A DNA stretch of 47,675 nt from Flavobacterium sp. Its GTDB lineage: Bacteria > Bacteroidota > Bacteroidia > Flavobacteriales > Flavobacteriaceae. Below are positions 28,954-37,142 of this stretch, in pieces. The notes beneath the pieces are model-generated. The model made no database searches, was not told where the DNA came from, and saw only the letters and a program-made list of their open reading frames with translations. The stretch lies in assembly GCA_044232845.1 (NCBI GenBank), contig JBIILD010000001.1, positions 1 to 47,675 on the forward strand. Direction: 5' to 3'. Every line of letters begins with the position of its first letter. The stretch's first letter is position 1. The translations under genes and the position numbers were made by a program.

Positions 28954-30750
28954 ATGTCAGCAGAAGGTCACGATCACGAACAAGATCACGAACACGAACA
29001 CCACCATAAAGACACTTTTATTACTAAATATATTTTTAGTATAGATCACAAAATGATTGCCAAACAATACTTGTTAACAGGTATTATTATGGGTGTTATT
29101 GGTGTTGCTATTTCTTTACTTTTCAGATTACAATTGGCTTGGCCAGAACAATCTTTCAAAATTTTCAGTATTGTACTTGGCGACAGTTATGCACCAGATG
29201 GAGTAATGCTAAATGATAGGTATTTAGCTTTGGTTACGATTCACGGAACTATAATGGTTTTCTTTGTTCTGACTGCCGCATTGAGTGGTACGTTTAGTAA
29301 TTTGTTAATTCCACTTCAATTGGGTGCTAGAGATATGGCTTCAGGATTTCTGAACATGGTTTCCTACTGGTTATTCTTCCTTTCTAGCGTTTTAATGGTG
29401 TCTTCTCTTTTCGTAGAATCGGGACCTGCGTCAGCAGGTTGGACAATTTATCCTCCATTAAGTGCCTTGCCTCAAGCTATCCCAGGTTCTGGAGCAGGAA
29501 TGACTCTTTGGTTAGTCTCGATGGCAGTTTTTATTGCAGCTTCTTTAATGGGTTCTTTAAATTATATTGTAACGGTTATTAATTTAAGAACTAAAGGAAT
29601 GTCGTTAACTAGAATGCCTCTTACGATTTGGGCTTTCTTTGTTACTGCTATTATTGGTGTTATTTCATTTCCTGTATTATTATCCGCTGCTTTGTTATTG
29701 ATTTTCGATAGAAGTTTTGGAACTTCTTTCTTCTTGTCAGATATTTATATCGCTGGAGAGGTTTTACATTATCAAGGAGGTTCGCCGGTATTGTTCGAGC
29801 ACCTATTTTGGTTTCTTGGGCATCCAGAAGTGTACATTATTTTACTACCTGCATTAGGTATTACTTCTGAGGTCATTGCTACCAATTCACGCAAACCCAT
29901 CTTTGGATATAGAGCGATGATTATGTCTATTTTAGCAATCGCATTTTTATCTACCATAGTTTGGGGTCACCACATGTTCATTACGGGAATGAATCCGTTT
30001 CTTGGATCGGTGTTTACATTTACCACTTTATTAATTGCGATTCCTTCAGCGGTAAAAGCTTTTAACTATATTACTACATTGTGGAAAGGGAACTTACAGT
30101 TGAATCCAGCCATGTTGTTTTCTATCGGTTTGGTTTCTACGTTTATAACAGGAGGTTTAACGGGAATTATTCTTGGAGATAGTACTTTAGATATTAATGT
30201 ACACGACACTTATTTTGTAGTAGCTCACTTCCACTTGGTTATGGGTATTTCTGCACTTTACGGAATGTTTGCCGGAATCTATCATTGGTTTCCAAAAATG
30301 TTTGGAAGAATGATGAATAAAAATTTGGGATATATTCACTTTTGGGCAACTGCAGTTTGTGCTTATGGAGTGTTTTTTCCAATGCACTTTATAGGATTGG
30401 CTGGTTTGCCAAGACGTTACTATACCAATACCAACTTTCCATTATTTGATGATTTGCAAAATGTAAACGTATTAATAACTGTTTTTGCTTTAATTGGTGG
30501 TGCATTTCAATTGGTATTTTTATACAACTTCTTCAGTAGTATTTTCTACGGTAAGAGAACGGTTCAAAATCCATGGAAATCAAACACTTTAGAATGGACA
30601 GCGCCTATTGAACATATTCACGGAAACTGGCATGGAGCAATTCCAGAAGTACACCGTTGGCCTTATGATTATAGTAAGCCTGGTCATGAAGAAGATTTCG
30701 TTCCTCAAAATGTACCCATGAAAGAGGGTGAAGAAGTGTTGCATCATTAA
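28954..30750 (+). CDS. coxA: Cytochrome c oxidase subunit I (A1 type)
   Basis: GWTIYPPL, GHPEVY, WGHHM, HDTYFVVAHFH and PRRY motifs. Confidence 0.97.
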   Translation: MSAEGHDHEQDHEHEHHHKDTFITKYIFSIDHKMIAKQYLLTGIIMGVIGVAISLLFRLQLAWPEQSFKIFSIVLGDSYAPDGVMLNDRYLALVTIHGTIMVFFVLTAALSGTFSNLLIPLQLGARDMASGFLNMVSYWLFFLSSVLMVSSLFVESGPASAGWTIYPPLSALPQAIPGSGAGMTLWLVSMAVFIAASLMGSLNYIVTVINLRTKGMSLTRMPLTIWAFFVTAIIGVISFPVLLSAALLLIFDRSFGTSFFLSDIYIAGEVLHYQGGSPVLFEHLFWFLGHPEVYIILLPALGITSEVIATNSRKPIFGYRAMIMSILAIAFLSTIVWGHHMFITGMNPFLGSVFTFTTLLIAIPSAVKAFNYITTLWKGNLQLNPAMLFSIGLVSTFITGGLTGIILGDSTLDINVHDTYFVVAHFHLVMGISALYGMFAGIYHWFPKMFGRMMNKNLGYIHFWATAVCAYGVFFPMHFIGLAGLPRRYYTNTNFPLFDDLQNVNVLITVFALIGGAFQLVFLYNFFSSIFYGKRTVQNPWKSNTLEWTAPIEHIHGNWHGAIPEVHRWPYDYSKPGHEEDFVPQNVPMKEGEEVLHH

Positions 30751-30771
30751 GATGCTTCATTAAAAATATTT

Positions 30772-30812
30772 AAATGCCTTTCTCTCGAAACTTCGAGATC
30801 GAAAGGCATTTT
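30772..30812 (+). terminator. Terminator of the act-cox operon
   Basis: AAATGCCTTTC...GAAAGGCATTTTT with an inner CTCGAAACTTCGAG palindrome. Confidence 0.75.
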
Positions 30813-30843
30813 TATTTGCTTATAACTTTGTTATATTTGTAAC

Positions 30844-31866
30844 ATGAATGAAAATTTAGACCCTACAACGAACGGCTATAATTCAGAGGAATTTGATCTC
30901 GAAAAAAAATTAAGGCCTTTATCTTTTGATGATTTTGCTGGGCAAGATCAAATATTAGAAAACTTGAAAGTTTTCGTTCAAGCAGCGAACCAAAGAAACG
31001 AAGCGCTAGATCACACCCTTTTTCACGGACCTCCAGGATTAGGGAAAACAACTTTGGCAAATATCTTAGCCAATGAGTTGCAAGTGGGAATCAAAATCAC
31101 TTCAGGACCCGTTTTAGACAAGCCAGGAGATTTAGCAGGGTTGTTGACTAACCTCGAAGAAAGAGACGTTTTGTTTATTGATGAAATCCATAGATTAAGT
31201 CCTATTGTTGAAGAGTATTTGTATTCGGCAATGGAGGATTTTAAGATTGATATTATGATTGAGTCTGGACCTAATGCCAGAACGGTGCAAATCAATTTGA
31301 ATCCTTTCACCTTGATTGGTGCTACTACGCGTTCCGGTTTGTTGACAGCTCCTATGCGAGCCCGTTTCGGAATTTCCTCAAGATTGCAATATTATACCAC
31401 TGAACTTTTGACTACCATAGTCGAACGAAGTGCTTCCATTTTAAAAATGCCCATTTCTATGGAAGCGGCTATTGAAATTGCGGGTCGCAGTAGGGGAACG
31501 CCTCGTATTGCGAATGCATTATTGCGACGCGTACGTGATTTTGCTCAAATCAAAGGAAATGGCACCATAGACATCGAGATTGCTCGTTACGCCCTAAAAG
31601 CCTTGAATGTGGATGCGCATGGTTTGGACGAAATGGACAATAAAATTCTTAACACCATCATTGATAAGTTTAAAGGAGGTCCCGTTGGTTTATCTACTTT
31701 GGCAACAGCCGTTTCCGAAAGCAGTGAAACTATTGAAGAAGTGTATGAACCCTTTTTAATACAAGAAGGTTTCATTATGCGAACACCACGAGGTCGTGAA
31801 GTCACTGAGAAGGCATACAAGCATCTTGGAAAAGTAAGGCCAAATATTCAGGGGGGGCTTTTTTAG
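30844..31866 (+). CDS. ruvB: Holliday junction helicase RuvB
   Basis: [28 protein letters not shown] and RTPRGR motifs. Confidence 0.98.
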   Translation: MNENLDPTTNGYNSEEFDLEKKLRPLSFDDFAGQDQILENLKVFVQAANQRNEALDHTLFHGPPGLGKTTLANILANELQVGIKITSGPVLDKPGDLAGLLTNLEERDVLFIDEIHRLSPIVEEYLYSAMEDFKIDIMIESGPNARTVQINLNPFTLIGATTRSGLLTAPMRARFGISSRLQYYTTELLTTIVERSASILKMPISMEAAIEIAGRSRGTPRIANALLRRVRDFAQIKGNGTIDIEIARYALKALNVDAHGLDEMDNKILNTIIDKFKGGPVGLSTLATAVSESSETIEEVYEPFLIQEGFIMRTPRGREVTEKAYKHLGKVRPNIQGGLF

Positions 31867-31876
31867 GGTTAATGGG

Positions 31877-31984
31877 GGAAGCTAGAAGCGGGAAGCTGGA
31901 AGCACGAAGAGGGAAGAAATAAAGCATGAAGTTAGAAGCTGGAAGTTGGGGATGGTAGCCGGAAACTCCCAACTCCCAGCTTCC
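31877..31984. repeat. Purine-rich heptamer array (about RGAAGCN) with a short inverted tail
   Basis: GGAAGCT AGAAGCG GGAAGCT GGAAGCA CGAAGAG ... TGAAGTT AGAAGCT GGAAGTT, then AACTCCC AACTCCC AGCTTCC. Confidence 0.85.
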
Positions 31985-32003
31985 GACAAAATATATAAGA
32001 AGT

Positions 32004-32357
32004 ATGAGTTTTAAATTCGAAAAATTAATTATCTGGCAAAAATCAATGGATTTTGGAGAGGATATTAATGCAATTATTAAAGAATTCCCTAAGCACGAAA
32101 TGTACAATCTCTCTTCTCAAATTTTAAGGGCTTCAGATTCTGCGGCTTTAAATATTTCGGAAGGCTCTATAGAACAATCTAATGCGGAATTCAATAGATT
32201 TTTGGGTTATTCTGTCAGATCTATAGCCGAAGTTGTTACTTGTCTGTACAAAGCAAAAAGAAGAGATTATATAAATGAGGTAGTTTTTGATAAACTATAT
32301 AAAGATTCTTTCGATTTGATGAATATGACTATTGCCTTTAAATCTAAATTGAAGTAA
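32004..32357 (+). CDS. Four-helix-bundle protein (23S rRNA IVP / Avd-like family)
   Basis: [34 protein letters not shown] and [14 protein letters not shown] motifs; 117 aa. Confidence 0.92.
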   Translation: MSFKFEKLIIWQKSMDFGEDINAIIKEFPKHEMYNLSSQILRASDSAALNISEGSIEQSNAEFNRFLGYSVRSIAEVVTCLYKAKRRDYINEVVFDKLYKDSFDLMNMTIAFKSKLK

Positions 32358-32359
32358 TA

Positions 32360-33319
32360 ATGACTTCTCCCAACTCCCAACTCCCCACTTCCAACTCCCC
32401 ACTTCCCGCTTCCCGCTACACATCTTTCATAAAATCCGAAGCCAATCGCCTTGGGTTTTTGTCTTGTGGCATATCCAAAGCGGGGTTTTTGGAAGACGAA
32501 GCCCCGCGATTAGAAAATTGGCTAAACAAACGGATGAACGGCCAAATGTCCTATATGGAAAACAATTTCGACAAGCGATTAAATCCAACTTTATTGGTCG
32601 ATGATGCCAAAAGCGTGGTGTCACTTTTGTTAAATTACTATCCTTCCGAATTTCAAAATCCAGCTTCCTATAAAATTTCAAAATACGCCTACGGACAAGA
32701 TTATCATTTTGTCATCAAGGAGAAACTCAAGGAATTGTTGTTTTCTATTCAATCGACTATTGGAGATGTTACGGGTCGTGCCTTTGTCGATTCGGCACCG
32801 GTTCTCGATAAAGCTTGGGCAACTAAAAGTGGTTTGGGATGGATTGGTAAGAACAGTAATTTGCTGACACGAAAAGTAGGCTCTTTTTATTTCATCGCTG
32901 AACTCATTATCGATTTGGATTTAGAATATGACCAAGCAACCACTGACCATTGCGGCACCTGCACCGCTTGTATTGATGCGTGTCCCACTCAGGCTATTGT
33001 AGCACCTTATGTGGTTGACGGCAGTAAATGCATTTCGTATTTCACCATAGAGCTCAAGGAAAACATTCCCCATGAAATGAAGGGCAAGTTTGATGATTGG
33101 GCTTTTGGTTGCGACGTGTGTCAGGATGTGTGTCCTTGGAACAAATTTTCAAAATCACATGATGAACCGCTTTTCAATCCCAATCCAGAAGTGTTATCAA
33201 TGTCTAAAAAAGATTGGACAGAAATCACCGAAGAAACTTTTAAAGCGGTGTTCAAAAACACCCCATTGAAAAGAGCCAAGTTTGATGGTTTGAAACGGAA
33301 TATTAACTTTTTGGAGTAA
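32360..33319 (+). CDS. queG: Epoxyqueuosine reductase QueG
   Basis: [34 protein letters not shown] and [12 protein letters not shown] motifs. Confidence 0.96.
   Translation: MTSPNSQLPTSNSPLPASRYTSFIKSEANRLGFLSCGISKAGFLEDEAPRLENWLNKRMNGQMSYMENNFDKRLNPTLLVDDAKSVVSLLLNYYPSEFQNPASYKISKYAYGQDYHFVIKEKLKELLFSIQSTIGDVTGRAFVDSAPVLDKAWATKSGLGWIGKNSNLLTRKVGSFYFIAELIIDLDLEYDQATTDHCGTCTACIDACPTQAIVAPYVVDGSKCISYFTIELKENIPHEMKGKFDDWAFGCDVCQDVCPWNKFSKSHDEPLFNPNPEVLSMSKKDWTEITEETFKAVFKNTPLKRAKFDGLKRNINFLE
32363..32417. repeat. Pyrimidine-rich heptamer array complementary to 31877-31950
   Basis: CAACTCC CAACTCC CCACTTC CAACTCC CCACTTC CCGCTTC CCGCT; lies inside the 5' end of the queG ORF. Confidence 0.85.
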
Positions 33320-33428
33320 ATAAGACGAAAATAAGTTGATTTTGCTTAGGACAATCAGCTTGTGTTTAGTGTTTTATATTATAATCCTAAAAGATGCTTG
33401 AAATATTTTAGTATTAGCTTTTTTAGTA

Positions 33429-34163
33429 ATGATAAAAATCTACAACGACATTCTACAATCTAAAATCAGCAATCTAAAATTGTTGGCCATTCTTCTCGAT
33501 CCCGATAAAATCGATTTGAATACTTTAGAAGTACTAATCGAAAAAATTTATCAATCACCAGCAACCCATATTTTCATTGGCGGAAGCCTCGTTGAGAACA
33601 ACATAATCGACGAATTGATTCTAAGAATAAGGCAACTCTCCCCCTATGGGAGTAGGAAGGCTTTGCCCATTGTCCTTTTCCCCGGAAATCCATCCCAAAT
33701 TTCAGATAAGGCCGATGCCATTTTGTTCTTGTCTTTAATCTCAGGTAGAAACCCAGATTTCCTGATTGATCACCAAGTTAAAGCGGCTCCTATTTTAAAA
33801 CAAACCCAACTCGAAATTATCTCTACAGGGTATATTCTTATTGAAAGCGGAACAGAAACCGCCGTTGAAAGGGTTAGTAAAACGAAGCCTTTATGCAGAA
33901 ATAATCTAGATTTGGCATTAGCAACCGCACAAGCAGGTGAGATGTTGGGCAACAAACTTATTTATCTCGAGGCCGGAAGTGGCGCAAAACAAGTCGTTCC
34001 ATTAGAAATGATTAGAAAAATTTCCCAAAATATAGAAATACCGTTACTTGTTGGAGGAGGAATTATAGATTTGCAGGGAATTCAAAAAGCCTATGATTCT
34101 GGCGCCGATTTGGTTGTCATTGGAACTGCTTTTGAAAATGATTTAAACTTTTTTACTAAATAA
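33429..34163 (+). CDS. pcrB: Geranylgeranylglyceryl/heptaprenylglyceryl phosphate synthase (PcrB family)
   Basis: LLDPDK, IGGS, FPG, SLISGRNP, YLEAGSGA, VGGGI and GADLVVIGT motifs. Confidence 0.92.
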   Translation: MIKIYNDILQSKISNLKLLAILLDPDKIDLNTLEVLIEKIYQSPATHIFIGGSLVENNIIDELILRIRQLSPYGSRKALPIVLFPGNPSQISDKADAILFLSLISGRNPDFLIDHQVKAAPILKQTQLEIISTGYILIESGTETAVERVSKTKPLCRNNLDLALATAQAGEMLGNKLIYLEAGSGAKQVVPLEMIRKISQNIEIPLLVGGGIIDLQGIQKAYDSGADLVVIGTAFENDLNFFTK

Positions 34164-34218
34164 ATTATCCAAATTTTTACCCTGAGTACAGTTGAGGGGC
34201 AAACCTAAACCCAATAAA

Positions 34219-34836
34219 ATGATAGAATTTTTTCTAAACGCCTACAAAAATGCATCAACGATTCAAATCATACTAGAGTTTATCGCCTTTGTATTCGGAA
34301 TTTTGAGCGTTTGGCTTGCCAAAAAAGAAAATATTTGGGTCTATCCTACGGGATTAATTGCCACAGTAATTACAACGTATCTGCTTTATATTGCGGGCTA
34401 TCTTGGTGACATGATGATTAATGGATATTTCACCATAATGAGCATTTATGGCTGGTATAATTGGGCTAAAAAAAGCATTGATTCAGGTAATCTTCCAATC
34501 ACGAGAACCAATAGTAAAGAAAAAATAATAGGAATTGGATTGTTCTTTGTTACCATTTTTGTAGTTTTCGGGATATATAATTTCTTTGATTACGAAATAC
34601 GAAAAGACAATTATATTGATATTTTTGCGTCGGGATTTTTTTTTACTGGAATGTGGTATATGGCAAAGAAGAAAATTGAAAATTGGACGCTTTGGATTTT
34701 AGGCGATATAATTGTTACCCCATTATATGCATATCGTGGACTTGGAATGTTATCTTTGCAGTATCTAATTTTCACAATTTTAGCCATTTTAGCTTATTTA
34801 GAATGGAAAAAAGGATTAAAAAGACTTATCAAATAA
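34219..34836 (+). CDS. pnuC: PnuC-family vitamin (nicotinamide riboside-type) transporter
   Basis: ENIWVYPTG, YGWYNW and ENWTLWILGD motifs; about 7 TM. ATG at 34219. Confidence 0.9.
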   Translation: MIEFFLNAYKNASTIQIILEFIAFVFGILSVWLAKKENIWVYPTGLIATVITTYLLYIAGYLGDMMINGYFTIMSIYGWYNWAKKSIDSGNLPITRTNSKEKIIGIGLFFVTIFVVFGIYNFFDYEIRKDNYIDIFASGFFFTGMWYMAKKKIENWTLWILGDIIVTPLYAYRGLGMLSLQYLIFTILAILAYLEWKKGLKRLIK

Positions 34837-36470
34837 CACAAACTTTTTTCATGATTTCAGAAGATAAAAACCTAAGATTAGATACTGCGAACGCTATTGT
34901 GACTGATTTGCAAAACGCGATAGAAATGGGTTTTTCTTCCCTCGATTTTGCTCAGATTCAGGAATATGGAATTTCACTACAAAATATACATAGCCAATTA
35001 AATTTTTTTAAAAGCGGAATTTCCAAGACTGTTTTAGTTAAGCCTGCCACAGTTTCAAACGGAATTTTGAAGTTGTCGGAAAATGATTTTCAACAAAAGG
35101 CCGATTTTTTTGATGCCAATAAATCGAATTTTAAATTAGTTAAATTCGTTCCGGCTTCAGGAGCCGCTAGCAGAATGTTTAAGTTTTTGAGTGAATTTTT
35201 GAATGATTTCGATGTTGAAAACGAGAGCATAAACGCTTATGTCAATAGAAAAAAAGATAATGAACTTTTGATTTTCATTGTAGGTCTAGAAAAATTACCT
35301 TTTTTTAAGGAAGTAGATACTAAATTGAAGAAAATATTTCCAAATTTTGATCATTTTGAAAGTGATTATAAAAATTTTAATTTTATAAAAATGCTCCTTT
35401 CATCAGAGCACTTTGATTTTGCCAATAAGCCTAAAGCAATTATTCCTTTTCACAACTACAGCACTCATTTTGCAACTCCAATCGAAGAGCATTTGTATGA
35501 ATGTGCTCATTATTCCAGTTCAAATGGTATTTCCCACTTGCATTTTACGGTTTCGGAAACACATCAAATTTTGTTGGAAAACATAGAAAATAGTGTGAAA
35601 GGTAAAGTAGAAAAAGAATCAGGAATCACTATAAAAACTAGCTATTCTTACCAAAACAAAAGCACAGATGCCATTGCGGTTGATTTGAATAATAATCCAT
35701 TCCGGGATGAAATGGGTAAATTGGTTTTTAGGCCAGGAGGTCATGGCGCTTTAATCGAGAATCTAAACCAACTTGATGCCGATGTTGTTTTCATAAAAAA
35801 TATTGACAATGTGATTCAAAATCAACTCGAAAATGTCGTTTTTTATAAAAAAGCATTGGCTGGAATTTTACTGGAATTGCAGCAACAAATTTTCAACTAT
35901 TTGAATGAAATTGAAAATGCAAAGGAAGAGGACTTAGATGAAATTATAGCTTTCGCCCAAAATAATTTGAATATTGAACCACTAGAAGATTTTCAGAAAT
36001 ACACTTTAGAGAATAAAATCAATTATGTAAAAAACATTCTGAATCGACCGATTCGTGTTTCTGGAATGGTGAAAAACGAAGGAGAGCCTGGAGGTGGGCC
36101 ATTTTGGGTTATGGATTCAAAAGGCAATATTTCTCTCCAAATTGTAGAAACGTCCCAGGTGGATTTGGCAAATGTCAATCAAGCTAAAATCCTCGCAAAT
36201 GCTACTCATTTCAATCCAGTGGATTTAGTTTGCGGCATACGGAACCATAAAAACGAAAAATTTGATTTAAACCAATTTATTGATTTTAACAGTGGTTTTA
36301 TTGTCGAGAAAAATAGAGACGGCCAGCCTTTAAAAGGATATGAATTGCCTGGATTATGGAATGGGGCAATGGCAAAATGGATTACTGTTTTTGTCGAAGT
36401 GCCTTTGATTACGTTTAACCCCGTGAAAACTGTGAATGATTTATTGAAACCTGCACATCAACCACAATAG
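34803..36470 (+). CDS. DUF4301-family protein (nucleotidyltransferase-like)
   Basis: KFVPASGAASRMFK, FRPGGHGAL, GEPGGGPF, THFNPVD and FNPVKT motifs. ATG at 34803 overlaps the pnuC end. Confidence 0.88.
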   Translation: MEKRIKKTYQITQTFFMISEDKNLRLDTANAIVTDLQNAIEMGFSSLDFAQIQEYGISLQNIHSQLNFFKSGISKTVLVKPATVSNGILKLSENDFQQKADFFDANKSNFKLVKFVPASGAASRMFKFLSEFLNDFDVENESINAYVNRKKDNELLIFIVGLEKLPFFKEVDTKLKKIFPNFDHFESDYKNFNFIKMLLSSEHFDFANKPKAIIPFHNYSTHFATPIEEHLYECAHYSSSNGISHLHFTVSETHQILLENIENSVKGKVEKESGITIKTSYSYQNKSTDAIAVDLNNNPFRDEMGKLVFRPGGHGALIENLNQLDADVVFIKNIDNVIQNQLENVVFYKKALAGILLELQQQIFNYLNEIENAKEEDLDEIIAFAQNNLNIEPLEDFQKYTLENKINYVKNILNRPIRVSGMVKNEGEPGGGPFWVMDSKGNISLQIVETSQVDLANVNQAKILANATHFNPVDLVCGIRNHKNEKFDLNQFIDFNSGFIVEKNRDGQPLKGYELPGLWNGAMAKWITVFVEVPLITFNPVKTVNDLLKPAHQPQ

Positions 36471-36472
36471 TT

Positions 36473-36874
36473 TTGGACTTAAAAATAATTATATCTGAGC
36501 TAAAGTACAAAGCTGTCCGTAGCAGTGGGGCAGGAGGTCAAAATGTGAATAAAGTTTCTTCGAAGGTTGTTTTGTCTTTCGACTTGAAAAATTCTCAAGC
36601 CTTGTCAGAGGAGGAAAAAATGAGACTGGAAACAAAACTGTCTTCGAGAGTAACCTCTGATTTAGTTTTAATTTTAAATTGCGACGAAGACCGAAGCCAA
36701 CTCAAGAACAAAGCGATTGTTACCAAACGGTTTTTGGATCTAATCACCGCTAGTCTTCATATTCCCAAAATCAGGAAAGCCACAAAAATCCCTAAATCGG
36801 TCATTAGAAAACGAATCAAAGACAAAAAGAATGTATCCGAAATTAAAAAATCCCGCAGAAAACCTGATTATTAG
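36473..36874 (+). CDS. arfB: Alternative ribosome rescue factor ArfB
   Basis: RSSGAGGQNVNKV, RSQLKN and a basic C-terminal tail. Confidence 0.93.
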   Translation: MDLKIIISELKYKAVRSSGAGGQNVNKVSSKVVLSFDLKNSQALSEEEKMRLETKLSSRVTSDLVLILNCDEDRSQLKNKAIVTKRFLDLITASLHIPKIRKATKIPKSVIRKRIKDKKNVSEIKKSRRKPDY

Positions 36875-36945
36875 GATTAAGAAAAAATAATTGCTAAAAA
36901 TCTTAATACTTGATACTTTCGTCTTAATACTTTTCTATCTTTGCC

Positions 36946-37041
36946 TCGTCTCAAAGGGGTGCTAGATTCCAAAAATGGAATGACAGCTGAGATTATACCC
37001 AACGAACCTGAACAGGTAATGCTGTTAAGGGAAAAAACGAC
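36946..37041 (+). ncRNA. TPP riboswitch
   Basis: GGGGTGCT...CTGAGATTATACCC...GAACCTGAACAGGTAATGCTG..AGGGA, directly after a TATCTTTG promoter (36936-36943). Confidence 0.92.
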
Positions 37042-37142
37042 AAAAACTATAGAGTGCACGCTATTTATTTGTCATAGGAAACAATCACATTTTAATTTAA
37101 CAAAAAGAATAATTCCCCCTTTTATTCGTAAACTATTTACGG

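Noticed and set aside
32004-32357. Diversity-generating retroelement suggested by the Avd-like fold
   Set aside because: No reverse transcriptase and no TR/VR pair with adenine-specific mismatches was seen.
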